Shown here one piece after another: positions 39,584 through 49,468 of a DNA stretch of 64,000 nucleotides; within the stretch, counting starts at the first letter, position 1; every line of letters starts with the position of its first letter. The notes beneath the pieces were generated by a model, which saw only the letters and a list, made by a program, of their open reading frames with translations, was not told the DNA's origin and did no database searches. This stretch comes from an uncultured virus (IMG/VR IMGVR_UViG_3300007542_004333) (Duplodnaviria > Heunggongvirae > Uroviricota > Caudoviricetes). The stretch is from IMG/VR virus record IMGVR_UViG_3300007542_004333. The stretch is one strand, 5' to 3'. The position numbers were made by a program, and so were the translations under genes.

Positions 39584-42168
39584 TGAATTCTATTGAAACT
39601 AAAATCATCAGTAGCGACTTACTTTCTGGCTCTTCTGACGCTTTTAGAACACTCAATGGTGGTAACTGGACATCTGTTGCATCCGATGAGGGCACTGTTT
39701 TAAAATTTGATTCGCTAAGTTCAGAAAATTTAAGATACCCTCCATTTAATAAAGTATTTTCTGATGTTGTGTCGGGTTCTGTAACTTTAAATGAATCTGT
39801 ATTGAACCCAAATAAAGTTTTTGCTGTTCGTGTAACTGGTGACGATGAAAGAGTTCGTAATGATGATGATTGGAAAGCTATCTGGCTTGGCGGGACATAC
39901 GGTAAAAAAACTTATACACCAGTTTATAATGAAGTTATTTTAAGAAATATGAATCTTAGTATATCGATGCCTTATTCTAAAATAGAAGAAACCAAGCTAA
40001 CAAGCGACTATGCTACAGACGTAATAGAAATAGGATACAGCTATCAACAATACTCTCCATTTTATCAAGATACTGTTGGTCAATACACATCTGAACTTCA
40101 GATGCCAAGTTATACAATAATGAAAGATCTTTCAAGGTGGGAAAAACAAGAAGACATTTCTGCAATATATCCTGAAGAATTGATCAATTACATTTCAAGA
40201 GAAAATACATATCCCGCTATAAATGAGCTATTTGTTTTTAATGCCAAGAACTTACCAGAAGATATTCCGAAAGCAGAGCAAGAAACAAATCAAACATTAA
40301 TCAGCAAGAACACCAATTTATCTGTTGATTATTTGCAATCTGCTGTTTTTAGTGCTCCTTTGTCTAGTTCAACAATTTCTTGGACAGAAGACAAATTAAG
40401 AAATGTATTGTTTGATCATAATGCAAACACAAATCTAAACAATCTTGGAGTACAAGAAAGCAAGCTACCTTATTATGTTAAGATCTCATTTCCTGGTAAA
40501 CCAAAGGGCGAAATAGGTCAAGAAATAGAAAATAATAAGTTTTCTTCTAAATTAATAAAATTGCTTTATAAATCTTTTTCTGGCGAAATAGAAGGCTTGA
40601 CTCCACAGCAATCTTCGTTTGTCCTCAATAAAGAATATTATACTGGCTCGCTTAGTGATGGTATCAGCAAGGCAAGCGAAGCGGTAACAACAACTTTAAG
40701 AGAAATAGACTACATTTCGATGCTAACTTACGCTTACAGAAATTTTGAAAGTAATGATATTGGATGTTTATTTGTTGGTGGTAGTGACCCATACAGAGCT
40801 TCCGCAAATGAATCTGGCGGAATTTACCGACACATTAACACGATTGTATCGTCAAAAACTCTTAAAGGTGGATTAGATTTTCTTAAAAATCCAGCAAACA
40901 TCGACATAAATGATTTTAGTGATTTGTATTCCGATACCGAAAGACATACAGAAGTCATAGCCTATAGAGTAGAGAAAATAGGTGGTGCCGGTTCTGGCGA
41001 TGCTAATACTCAAAACACTTTACAAAATTATTGGTTTATAAATTCTGATTTAAAAGAAACATTTGAATTTATTGATAACCAAATTAAATACAACACTGAT
41101 TACACATACAACGTATATTATTATGTATTATCATTTGGAATCGAATACCAATATTCAAACTTACTATTAAGTCGAGATTTGGGATTTACTAATTCTTCTG
41201 ATCAGTATGCCTTAGAAATGTACACTCCAAGCACCGATGAAGCAACAGACGAACTTTATGATAGTGACAATAATGATTCATTTGATAAACAAGCGGGGGG
41301 AGGCTATGGCACCAATGCTCAAATATACTCAGATTTTAAATACGTCGCAGATTTTAATTTATCTTACCAGCCAGTAATGAAGATTATTGAGATTCCAGTT
41401 TATTCTAAAACACTACGAGTATTAGAACACCCAGGTAATGAGTTGGATGTTGTCCCATTCCAAAATATCAATCAATCTCAAAAACTTGGATTTGATTTTA
41501 CTTATGGTGTATTTAATAATCGTCATTTTCCATCTACGATTAGCAACGATGATAATACTTATAAACAAAATTATCTAAATGCAAATGATATACTAGAAAC
41601 GTCTATTATCAGAAAACAAAGTATTTCAAAACCAAGATACATAGAAATTTATCGTCTTGAAGACAGACCAATGGCGATAACAGATTTTGATCAAAATTTA
41701 ATTGCAACTTTAGACTTAAAAATCGAAAATCAAGATGCAACTTACACAAAAGATTTTTTTGAGGATACAGTTAAAACAAATAAAAAATACTATTATTTGT
41801 TTAGAGTTTTAAACGAACAAAGAGTGCTTTCTCATACAACAGATATTTACGAAGCAGAACTAATTAATGATGGTGGTTATTACTTTGCTGTATATAATAT
41901 TATTTTTGAATCAGAGTTAGATCAAAAAATATTTAATAACCCATCAAAAGAATTCAAAAAAGTATTCCAACTACAACCAAACTTAAGCCAAGTTGCTTTA
42001 GACACAACAAACATAGACTTTAGCGATGAAGCACAAAATCAAAAAGCAAATTTGATTATTGGAACTGCTGATGATTTAATCTGGGATAAAACATTTAAAA
42101 TTCGTTTAACATCTAAAAAGACTGGACGAAAAATCGATTTAAACATTACTTATAGATTGAACAGTTAA
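39583..42168 (+). CDS. Hypothetical, probable virion protein
   Basis: 861-aa ORF with Fn3-like segments (FIDNQIKYNTDYTY, VKTNKKYYYLFR). Confidence 0.5.
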   Translation: MNSIETKIISSDLLSGSSDAFRTLNGGNWTSVASDEGTVLKFDSLSSENLRYPPFNKVFSDVVSGSVTLNESVLNPNKVFAVRVTGDDERVRNDDDWKAIWLGGTYGKKTYTPVYNEVILRNMNLSISMPYSKIEETKLTSDYATDVIEIGYSYQQYSPFYQDTVGQYTSELQMPSYTIMKDLSRWEKQEDISAIYPEELINYISRENTYPAINELFVFNAKNLPEDIPKAEQETNQTLISKNTNLSVDYLQSAVFSAPLSSSTISWTEDKLRNVLFDHNANTNLNNLGVQESKLPYYVKISFPGKPKGEIGQEIENNKFSSKLIKLLYKSFSGEIEGLTPQQSSFVLNKEYYTGSLSDGISKASEAVTTTLREIDYISMLTYAYRNFESNDIGCLFVGGSDPYRASANESGGIYRHINTIVSSKTLKGGLDFLKNPANIDINDFSDLYSDTERHTEVIAYRVEKIGGAGSGDANTQNTLQNYWFINSDLKETFEFIDNQIKYNTDYTYNVYYYVLSFGIEYQYSNLLLSRDLGFTNSSDQYALEMYTPSTDEATDELYDSDNNDSFDKQAGGGYGTNAQIYSDFKYVADFNLSYQPVMKIIEIPVYSKTLRVLEHPGNELDVVPFQNINQSQKLGFDFTYGVFNNRHFPSTISNDDNTYKQNYLNANDILETSIIRKQSISKPRYIEIYRLEDRPMAITDFDQNLIATLDLKIENQDATYTKDFFEDTVKTNKKYYYLFRVLNEQRVLSHTTDIYEAELINDGGYYFAVYNIIFESELDQKIFNNPSKEFKKVFQLQPNLSQVALDTTNIDFSDEAQNQKANLIIGTADDLIWDKTFKIRLTSKKTGRKIDLNITYRLNS

Positions 42169-42182
42169 TAAAGAAAAGCAAA

Positions 42183-42192
42183 ACTATTTAAT
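42183..42192 (+). promoter_or_regulatory. Candidate late-promoter motif ACTATTTAAT
   Basis: In the intergenic gap before the SD GAGG and ATG at 42209. Confidence 0.45.
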
Positions 42193-42208
42193 AAAAAGAG
42201 GAACACTT

Positions 42209-43216
42209 ATGGCTTTTTTAGATAATTCTGGCGACATTATTTTAGATGCTGTCTTAACTGAGACAGGTCGCCGTCGTATGGCGCAGGGTGACTTTAGAGT
42301 TACCAAGTTCGCACTAGGCGACGATGAGATTGATTATTCACTATACGATAAAACTCATCCTTCTGGCTCTGCATATTATGACCTTACGATTTTGCAGACG
42401 CCAATTTTTGAAGCGTTTACGCAAGTTAACGCTGGAATTAACTACGGACTACTACCAAATACAGCTACAGACTTACTTTACCTTCCAACAATGAAGACCA
42501 ATGAATTAGCTGGTATTGGTACTGGTATTGCTAGAAAGGGTTCTTCCCCTGCTTCAAGCTTATTTTATCTAACAGACACAAGTAAAGATACAACAAGTTT
42601 AAATATCGGCTCTGTATTGAGAGCTAGCGGATCGACTGATAACCTTAATGGAACTTCTACTGGTAGATATGTTCTTCTGGAGACTGGATTAGATACTGGA
42701 TTCGGCAATGTACCTGTTGGCTCATCTACGAATAGAACAAGTTATTTAACAAACAATAATTTAATTGATAGATTTTTCTACGTATTTTATGATAGTCGTT
42801 TTATAGGTTCTGTACTTGGCTCTTCTGGCGTGGATAATGTTTTTAACAATACTGCCGATAACAATGGTTTAAATATTTCTTTTACTCTTGATTCCGCTCC
42901 AGCTACTTCTATTTCTATCGGTTTAGAAAACTATGCGGCAGCTAGAGTTAACGTTATTCCAAATGGTGTCGTCTACACTTCAGATTCCAACAATACAGAA
43001 GAAACATATTCTGCAATTGGGGGACCACGAGGAGTTGCTGGTGCTGTTGCTTTTACGGTCAAAGCCGGATTAGACCCAGAATATACTCTTTACGGTTCAG
43101 TAAACCAAAGTTTTGGAAGCAATACGATTGATTATATTGATACAACAGTGTATGTGCAGGGCGGAACCACTGGAGCACAAATTCAGATCCCCGTTAGAAT
43201 AGCCAGAATATCATAA
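42209..43216 (+). CDS. Probable baseplate/tail structural protein
   Basis: MAFLDNSGDIILDAVLTETGR...FALGDDEIDYSLY, a tail-collar-like N-terminus typical of large myoviruses. Confidence 0.6.
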   Translation: MAFLDNSGDIILDAVLTETGRRRMAQGDFRVTKFALGDDEIDYSLYDKTHPSGSAYYDLTILQTPIFEAFTQVNAGINYGLLPNTATDLLYLPTMKTNELAGIGTGIARKGSSPASSLFYLTDTSKDTTSLNIGSVLRASGSTDNLNGTSTGRYVLLETGLDTGFGNVPVGSSTNRTSYLTNNNLIDRFFYVFYDSRFIGSVLGSSGVDNVFNNTADNNGLNISFTLDSAPATSISIGLENYAAARVNVIPNGVVYTSDSNNTEETYSAIGGPRGVAGAVAFTVKAGLDPEYTLYGSVNQSFGSNTIDYIDTTVYVQGGTTGAQIQIPVRIARIS

Positions 43217-43234
43217 AGGAATTGGAGAATATAA

Positions 43235-44275
43235 ATGGCAGTTACAAACTATGAGATCTTAGATCTCACTCAAGACGTTACGACAACAAGAACGCTACTT
43301 CACGAGTCGATCCCACTAACAGGAACGATTATTAGCGGTACTTATGGAACATTCCCAAGTGAAGATAACATTAAAAACTATACTCATGGGCAGTTCCAAT
43401 CTGTTTATGACTATCCTTATTTATCTTCTTCTGCAAACCACATTTTTGATATTTCTATTGGATACGATGAAGCTTCTCCTCTTTCTGGATCTCCTGGTGT
43501 TACTTTGGAAGCCAAAAAGATTAACATGTATAACCAGTTCTCTCAGGTTCTTTTAGGTTATACTGGCTCGACCAACACTGTCCGTAAATTTGAGCTTGAT
43601 TTAGCACTTGATGAAGTTGGAGCGATGCAGGAATCTTTCTTCCTCAACTTCTCTCGCTTAATTACCAAAGATCAAATTAAGAAAGGTTCCGTTAGCATTA
43701 CATTGGGCACTGGTTCTTGGGCAACTCCTTTTGCTGGCACTAAAGTCCTTACCGATGTTTCTGCTTCCGATACTGGTGGAACTACTAATACGTTTGGTGG
43801 AGATTATGGTCTTCTTTATTCTTCTGATAACGTTGTTCGTGGACTAGTCTTTTATCAGGCAGGTATTGCGGTTCTTTCTACATCTTCGTTTGATGTTATG
43901 ACAGATTTCTTATCAGAGTCCGCAGGAACCAAATCAGTTGCTCAGGTTTTTGTTTCGTCTTCAATTACGGGTGCTTGCGATGCCCTTCGCCACAGAGTTC
44001 AAAACATTAGCTTTAACAACACAACAGAAATCAACTCAACTATTTATTTCTGCCGCGTTCCGCATAATAAATATAACCACTCGTCAAACCCAACTTATTT
44101 ATCGGCTAGCACAATCAGAGTTAAAAACGTTGCTACTGATACTCCAGTTGCTTATATTACAACAATCGGTCTTTATAGCTCTCAAAACGAATTACTAGCA
44201 GTTGCTAAACTTTCAGAACCGCTACGCAAAGACCCAACAAACGAGATAACACTACGAGTTAGATTGGACTACTAA
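43235..44275 (+). CDS. Probable baseplate/tail structural protein
   Basis: C-terminal SSNPTY...YITTIGLY...LLAVAKLSEPLRK...VRLDY. Confidence 0.6.
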   Translation: MAVTNYEILDLTQDVTTTRTLLHESIPLTGTIISGTYGTFPSEDNIKNYTHGQFQSVYDYPYLSSSANHIFDISIGYDEASPLSGSPGVTLEAKKINMYNQFSQVLLGYTGSTNTVRKFELDLALDEVGAMQESFFLNFSRLITKDQIKKGSVSITLGTGSWATPFAGTKVLTDVSASDTGGTTNTFGGDYGLLYSSDNVVRGLVFYQAGIAVLSTSSFDVMTDFLSESAGTKSVAQVFVSSSITGACDALRHRVQNISFNNTTEINSTIYFCRVPHNKYNHSSNPTYLSASTIRVKNVATDTPVAYITTIGLYSSQNELLAVAKLSEPLRKDPTNEITLRVRLDY

Positions 44276-44276
44276 A

Positions 44277-45491
44277 ATGTCCCTTAAAAAGTTTGGTGAA
44301 AATGACATCATACTAAACACAATGAGAACTTACCCAAAAAGTGAGTTCTTCATTTTTGATAGCAATATCTACTACAACGATAAGCCTTCGCAGTCTGGCG
44401 CGTTTAGTGCCCAAGCGGATAATGTTCCATCTGGTCACATTAGTTTGCATGAAATTAATACTGATCGCGCCGATGGGACAAATCCATTTATTTATCCTTT
44501 TACTTATAAACAAAGTTCTGGATTTGCTTTAAGCGGTTCAAAAGCAACAGATGCTTACGGCACTGTGATTTCTGGCAGCTATCCTTTATCTGCGTCTATT
44601 ACTCGCGAGTTCATGGCAACAGCAGGGCAAAGAAATACTGCTACTAATCCAGACACAGGATTGACTTTTCAAACTACCCCTGTTTATCCGCATTTTTATG
44701 CTCTGAAGAATAGATTAAATTTTTATGGCGCTATCAGCGAGCATTATAAAGTTTCTTCTTCTTATGGAGATAAAGCAAACCAAACTATAAATTTAACATC
44801 GATTCCTTCTATTTTCTACGGACAGAAAATAAATCCAGGGTCTGTTAGGTTAGACTGGTATTTTACTGGCTCGCTAATTGGAACATTAGAAGATACAAAA
44901 CAAAATGGAGAGTTAATACAAACTGGTCCTGTTGGTTCTACTGGCTCTGGTTCAGTAGCTGGTGTTGTTTTATATAACGAAGGATTTATATTGCTAACTG
45001 GCTCTTGGGCATTAAGTTCGCAGACAATCTCTTTGGAAGCTGGCGCGGGACCAAAAAATCCATCTTGGATTTATTGGGGAGCAGGAGCGCATGATAATGT
45101 TAGCACATCTACTGCTGGTGCTTCTTATTTAACTGCTTCTTCTCGCTTATCTTTCGAAGGCACTAACGACATTCAAGTTATGACGATGTTCGCGCATGCT
45201 AGACGCGGAGAAGTCAATTATTCCAATAACCCAACTTACATCGAGTATAATCAAAGTTTAGTCGAACAAACTTCTTCTCAGATTTATTTAGAAAACAATT
45301 CAAGAAGAATATACAATTTTGCGTCTTCAAGTTATACTGATTACAGCGCTTCTTTTGAGCGACAAGTTTATGTTTCTCGCGTAGCTATCTACGACGACAA
45401 ACAAAATCTTATTGGCGTAGCAACTTTGTCTAATCCTGTTCGCAAAAAAGAAGACGAAGACTTGACATTTAAATTAAAGTTAGATATATGA
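44277..45491 (+). CDS. Probable baseplate/tail structural protein, paralog of 43235
   Basis: C-terminal SNNPTY...YVSRVAIYD...LIGVATLSNPVRK...LKLDI. Confidence 0.6.
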   Translation: MSLKKFGENDIILNTMRTYPKSEFFIFDSNIYYNDKPSQSGAFSAQADNVPSGHISLHEINTDRADGTNPFIYPFTYKQSSGFALSGSKATDAYGTVISGSYPLSASITREFMATAGQRNTATNPDTGLTFQTTPVYPHFYALKNRLNFYGAISEHYKVSSSYGDKANQTINLTSIPSIFYGQKINPGSVRLDWYFTGSLIGTLEDTKQNGELIQTGPVGSTGSGSVAGVVLYNEGFILLTGSWALSSQTISLEAGAGPKNPSWIYWGAGAHDNVSTSTAGASYLTASSRLSFEGTNDIQVMTMFAHARRGEVNYSNNPTYIEYNQSLVEQTSSQIYLENNSRRIYNFASSSYTDYSASFERQVYVSRVAIYDDKQNLIGVATLSNPVRKKEDEDLTFKLKLDI

Positions 45492-46003
45492 TTTTGGGTA
45501 TAGATATAAGCACAAGCATAACTGGTTTTGCGATTGTAAATAACGGTAAGCTAATCAGTTATGACTCAATAGATCTGCGTAAATACAAAGATGTTTTTGC
45601 TAAGTCAATTCATATAAAAAGTAAAATTCTTGACATTTACGAACAATATGATAAATTTGATAGAATCTACATCGAGCAACCTTTTACATTTTTTAATTCT
45701 GGAGGCTCATCTGCAAAAACAATGGCATCATTACAAAGATTCAACGGTATCGTATCTTGGATGGTGTATGAGATTTTTGAAATGCAGCCTGAATATATAG
45801 GTGCGAGTCAAGCACGGAAACTTTGCGACATTAAAGTTCCAAAAGGCGAAAAAGCAAAATTAGTTGTTTTAGAGCATCTTTTAGAAACAGAAGAGTCTTT
45901 TAGTGTTGAATACACTAAATCTGGTAATCCAAAACCAGAATCATTTGACAGAGCAGATGCAATCGTAATTGCTAAGGCAGGGTACGAGCTAACCAAACAA
46001 TAG
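45488..46003 (+). CDS. RuvC-like Holliday junction resolvase
   Basis: ILGIDISTSITG, IYIEQ and DRADA acidic catalytic motifs. Confidence 0.8.
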   Translation: MILGIDISTSITGFAIVNNGKLISYDSIDLRKYKDVFAKSIHIKSKILDIYEQYDKFDRIYIEQPFTFFNSGGSSAKTMASLQRFNGIVSWMVYEIFEMQPEYIGASQARKLCDIKVPKGEKAKLVVLEHLLETEESFSVEYTKSGNPKPESFDRADAIVIAKAGYELTKQ

Positions 46004-46013
46004 GAGATAAATA

Positions 46014-46451
46014 ATGGAAATAGTTCTTTTTGCTCTTGGCATCTTGTATGCTAACACATTTGAGTATGCAGTTCATCGTTATTTATTTCACGAATTTGGC
46101 AAAAAGAAAGATTCATTATTTTCATTTCACTTGCGAGAGCACCACTTGACTGCAAGACATAACGATTTTTTTGATTCTAAAATATCAAAAGTCGAAATGA
46201 TTGGTATACCATTTATTTTGCTTGCTCATCTGCCAATTGCTTTTTTCAGTCCTTTCTTTTATTCTGCTCTTGTTACTTACGGTGTTTTATTTATTTTAAT
46301 TCACAACTTTGTCCATAGATATCCAGCAGTAGCTAAAAAAGTTTTTTGGTGGCACTGGAATCACCACATGAGAAACCAAAATAAAAGTTGGGGGGTTGTC
46401 TTACCAATAATGGATTTACTGTCTGGAACTTTGCAAAAGAGGGTTGATTAA
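46014..46451 (+). CDS. Fatty acid hydroxylase / sterol desaturase superfamily membrane protein
   Basis: His boxes EYAVHRYLFH, HLREHH, HNFVH and HWNHH, then SWGV...MDLLSGT. Confidence 0.75.
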   Translation: MEIVLFALGILYANTFEYAVHRYLFHEFGKKKDSLFSFHLREHHLTARHNDFFDSKISKVEMIGIPFILLAHLPIAFFSPFFYSALVTYGVLFILIHNFVHRYPAVAKKVFWWHWNHHMRNQNKSWGVVLPIMDLLSGTLQKRVD

Positions 46452-46472
46452 TAGCTTACGTCATGTTATCTT
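46444..46472 (+). promoter_or_regulatory. Possible sigma70 promoter (extended -10) for primase
   Basis: TTGATT, 17-nt spacer, TATCTT preceded by TG. Confidence 0.4.
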
Positions 46473-46478
46473 GTATTT

Positions 46479-47414
46479 GTGAATAAAACAGAAGCTATCA
46501 GCATACTGCACCAAACATTAGGATATTATCAGCAGAACGGAGCGGAATATCTTTTTGGATGCCCGGTGTGCAACCACCATAAAAATAAACTGTCTATCAA
46601 TATAGACAAAAACTTTTTTAAATGCTGGATTTGCGATTACCGTGGTCGTAACATCCGTCGTATTATACGTAGATTTGGCTCATTTACTTTACTACAGAAA
46701 TGGGATCAAATTACTAATCGTATAGATCTTGATCGCTTTTCGGATTTGTTTAGCGAGCCAGAGCCGGAAGTAAAACAAAAGCTAATGTTACCACCAGAGT
46801 TCGACACATTAGCTAGTAAAAAACTGCCTACAGTTGCTTATCCGGCGTACAATTATCTTCGCAAGCGTGGTGTATCGGATGCAGATATTTTGCGCTGGAA
46901 GATTGGCTATTGCAATACTGGAGAATACTACAAAAGAATTATTATTCCGTCATTTGATAATGATGGGGATATTAACTATTTTGTTGGTAGAACTTACAAT
47001 AACTCTTCTTATCGATATAAAAACCCAAGAGCATCTAAAAACATTATTTTTAATGAACTATATGTAAACTGGAACAAAGACCTAACAATAACCGAAGGAG
47101 TATTTGATGCTATTATCGCAGGAAACGCTATACCTTTATTGGGTTCAACAATCCAAGCAAACTCCAAACTTGTACGAAAGATCGTTCTTAACGACACGCC
47201 CGTCTATCTGGCGCTCGATGCTGATGCAAGCAAAAAAGAGCAAAAGATTATTAAGACGCTTCTTCAATATGATATTGAACTATATAAAATAGATACTACA
47301 GGCTATGAAGACGTTGGTGAGATGCCAAGAGAGGTTTTTAACCAACGTAAAAAACAAGCTACTTTTATTGATAATGACGACTATTTATTGAGAAACTTGT
47401 TATTAGCAATATAA
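46479..47414 (+). CDS. DNA primase (Zn finger plus TOPRIM)
   Basis: CPVC..HHK..CWIC, RIIIPSFD, ITEGVFDA and LALDADA. Confidence 0.88.
   Translation: MNKTEAISILHQTLGYYQQNGAEYLFGCPVCNHHKNKLSINIDKNFFKCWICDYRGRNIRRIIRRFGSFTLLQKWDQITNRIDLDRFSDLFSEPEPEVKQKLMLPPEFDTLASKKLPTVAYPAYNYLRKRGVSDADILRWKIGYCNTGEYYKRIIIPSFDNDGDINYFVGRTYNNSSYRYKNPRASKNIIFNELYVNWNKDLTITEGVFDAIIAGNAIPLLGSTIQANSKLVRKIVLNDTPVYLALDADASKKEQKIIKTLLQYDIELYKIDTTGYEDVGEMPREVFNQRKKQATFIDNDDYLLRNLLLAI
47380..47389 (+). promoter_or_regulatory. Candidate late-promoter motif ACTATTTATT
   Basis: 36 nt upstream of the first leader-bearing ORF (47426). Confidence 0.4.
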
Positions 47415-47425
47415 AGGGACTATAA

Positions 47426-47956
47426 ATGAAATTACTATTTGAAAATTGGCGCAAGTTTTTAAAAGAAGCTGCCGATCCATACGCACAACAAGTTTATAAA
47501 CTAATAACAAATGATGATCCAGATACTGTAGAGCAAGGATACGAACTTGCGCCTTTAGCCATTGAAGACATTTACGCCGAAGCAGAAAATCTTGCCGTTA
47601 AAGACTTAAAGCGATCTTTTTTTGAATTGTTGACCACAGATGAAGACCCTGATTGGGGAAATGTATTTCGTGATGAAACGCCTGAAAAAATAAAACAAAT
47701 AAAAGAACTTCGCAAAAAAGCATCAGAAATACAAACAAAAGAAGATATAGAAAGTTTTATTCCTGCATATTTATCGCTTATTGAATCGCTCTCGGCGCCC
47801 ATGAACGGTTCTTTTGTTCACCCAGATGGTACAAACGAGGATGACACATATCCTCTAAAAGATTTTTTTGATCCAACTATCAACACTTTTGAAAATGTAT
47901 GGGTTCGGTATTACTTAAAAAAACTTATAGAAGATAAATATTTGCAAGGAGCATGA
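47426..47956 (+). CDS. Hypothetical protein with MKLLFENWRKFLKE leader (candidate internal head protein)
   Basis: Leader resembles those of the ORFs at 61579 and 63378. Confidence 0.6.
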   Translation: MKLLFENWRKFLKEAADPYAQQVYKLITNDDPDTVEQGYELAPLAIEDIYAEAENLAVKDLKRSFFELLTTDEDPDWGNVFRDETPEKIKQIKELRKKASEIQTKEDIESFIPAYLSLIESLSAPMNGSFVHPDGTNEDDTYPLKDFFDPTINTFENVWVRYYLKKLIEDKYLQGA

Positions 47957-49176
47957 AAATGTTAATAACAAAAACAAGATTAAAACAAATTATTAAAGAA
48001 GAAGTGAATGCTTTTTTGAAAGAACAAAACGGCTCTTTTTCTTCGGAAATCAACACATTATCTCCCAAAGAAACTGCTGAATTTTTAAGATTAGCTTCTC
48101 CACCGAAAGTTCTTCAAGTTCCAGATAAAGAACAAGTAGTTGAAGTGCATGGAATGGGTGATCCATCAGGTGGTCCATCATCCGATCCATCATCTAAAAT
48201 TGCAGATGAACTTGTGGACTTTTTAAATACACTTTCCGAATCAGAGCAACCAGATGTTAACATGGTCAAAAGATTTTTTTCCAAACTCGCTGATCGTATC
48301 GACTCTGAAGAAACTGGTGAGTCAAAAGAAAATCTTGCGAGAGCAACGATACAAAAAATCAAAGACAGAATCGGAAGAGAAACAAGAGGTACAAAAGCAA
48401 TTATAGCTGGGTTGCTGGCGTCAGCATTATCTCAAGGTACTGATATTTTTAATCACATAAACGTTATTGCCGATGATCCAGAAAGTGCAATAGAAATGAT
48501 GGCAACTGATTCGAAGCCGCGTATGACGTTTGCAGTTTCTGATGGACCACCTGACCTTTCACAAGTCCAAGCCTACGATTTCTATGGAAATATAAATGCT
48601 GAAGCTTTTGACGACTTAACAAATGATGAAACTGTAGAAGTTCTATGGAATCATATTGATCAATTAGTTGACTCTGGTCGGTTAAATTACAGAAGAGCGC
48701 ATGTCACTACACAAGCTCCAGGCGGCATTGCATATATAGATTACGATCAAATACCAGATAACCTTGTTATGCCAAATTCTTTTGACACTAAAGAGCAGTA
48801 TAAGGAGTGGGTTATTGAAAATATTTTGAAAAATGATGTCAAAAATATTTCAGATCTAAGAGATTTTGTATTCGGAGATACTGGAAAATGGCCATCTAAT
48901 AGCGGCGATATTGAAATGCGCTATGCTGACCTTCCTGGGGGCGATGAAGATCTTCAAGCACAAGTAATTGCTCTAGAATGGTCAGTTGCATACAATTTAT
49001 ATCAAGAAATTGTTGAAGATGGTATAAATAAAGTTGTGTCCGATTATCAAAGACAGCCAGAAGCAACACTAATAGCTAATGGTGTTGAAAGCGAAGAACA
49101 GCTGCTTAAAATTTTGAATAAAATCCTTTACGGAGCAGGAATTCAAAAGATAGACTCCTTGACATCGCCTCAATAA
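47953..49176 (+). CDS. Hypothetical acidic protein with ITKTRLKQIIKEE leader (candidate internal head protein)
   Basis: Leader shared with the ORFs at 53084, 53923 and 62359. Confidence 0.6.
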   Translation: MKMLITKTRLKQIIKEEVNAFLKEQNGSFSSEINTLSPKETAEFLRLASPPKVLQVPDKEQVVEVHGMGDPSGGPSSDPSSKIADELVDFLNTLSESEQPDVNMVKRFFSKLADRIDSEETGESKENLARATIQKIKDRIGRETRGTKAIIAGLLASALSQGTDIFNHINVIADDPESAIEMMATDSKPRMTFAVSDGPPDLSQVQAYDFYGNINAEAFDDLTNDETVEVLWNHIDQLVDSGRLNYRRAHVTTQAPGGIAYIDYDQIPDNLVMPNSFDTKEQYKEWVIENILKNDVKNISDLRDFVFGDTGKWPSNSGDIEMRYADLPGGDEDLQAQVIALEWSVAYNLYQEIVEDGINKVVSDYQRQPEATLIANGVESEEQLLKILNKILYGAGIQKIDSLTSPQ

Positions 49177-49187
49177 TAAGTTATATT
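49159..49187 (+). promoter_or_regulatory. Sigma70-type promoter
   Basis: TTGACA (49159-49164), 17-nt spacer, TATATT (49182-49187), followed by SD GGAGG and ATG 49205. Confidence 0.7.
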
Positions 49188-49204
49188 ATTTATGGAGGTA
49201 AGAG

Positions 49205-49468
49205 ATGAAAAGTCTTCTTTTTGATAGAGTGTTTTATTTTGCTGTTGTTGTTATCTCTTTTTTCATGGGACATGCGGCTGCTGGATTAGTTTTTGATATT
49301 GTATACGAGCGTTCGCGTATTGAAAGCGTTAAGCCAAATGTTATTTCGGTCCCTCTACAGGATATAGAAGAAGAAACATATGATGCTTATGTAGAGATGC
49401 TGGTTGAAAACAATGCTGACTATTTAAACCAGAAGCTTATCGGAGATAATGTCCAGGGTGCTGAATGA
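49205..49468 (+). CDS. Hypothetical membrane protein
   Basis: One hydrophobic helix; strong SD. Confidence 0.55.
   Translation: MKSLLFDRVFYFAVVVISFFMGHAAAGLVFDIVYERSRIESVKPNVISVPLQDIEEETYDAYVEMLVENNADYLNQKLIGDNVQGAE

Noticed and set aside
45462..45492. Sigma70 promoter for the RuvC-like gene
   Set aside because: TTGACA is perfect, but the -10 at 17 nt is poor (TATATG) and overlaps the start codon.
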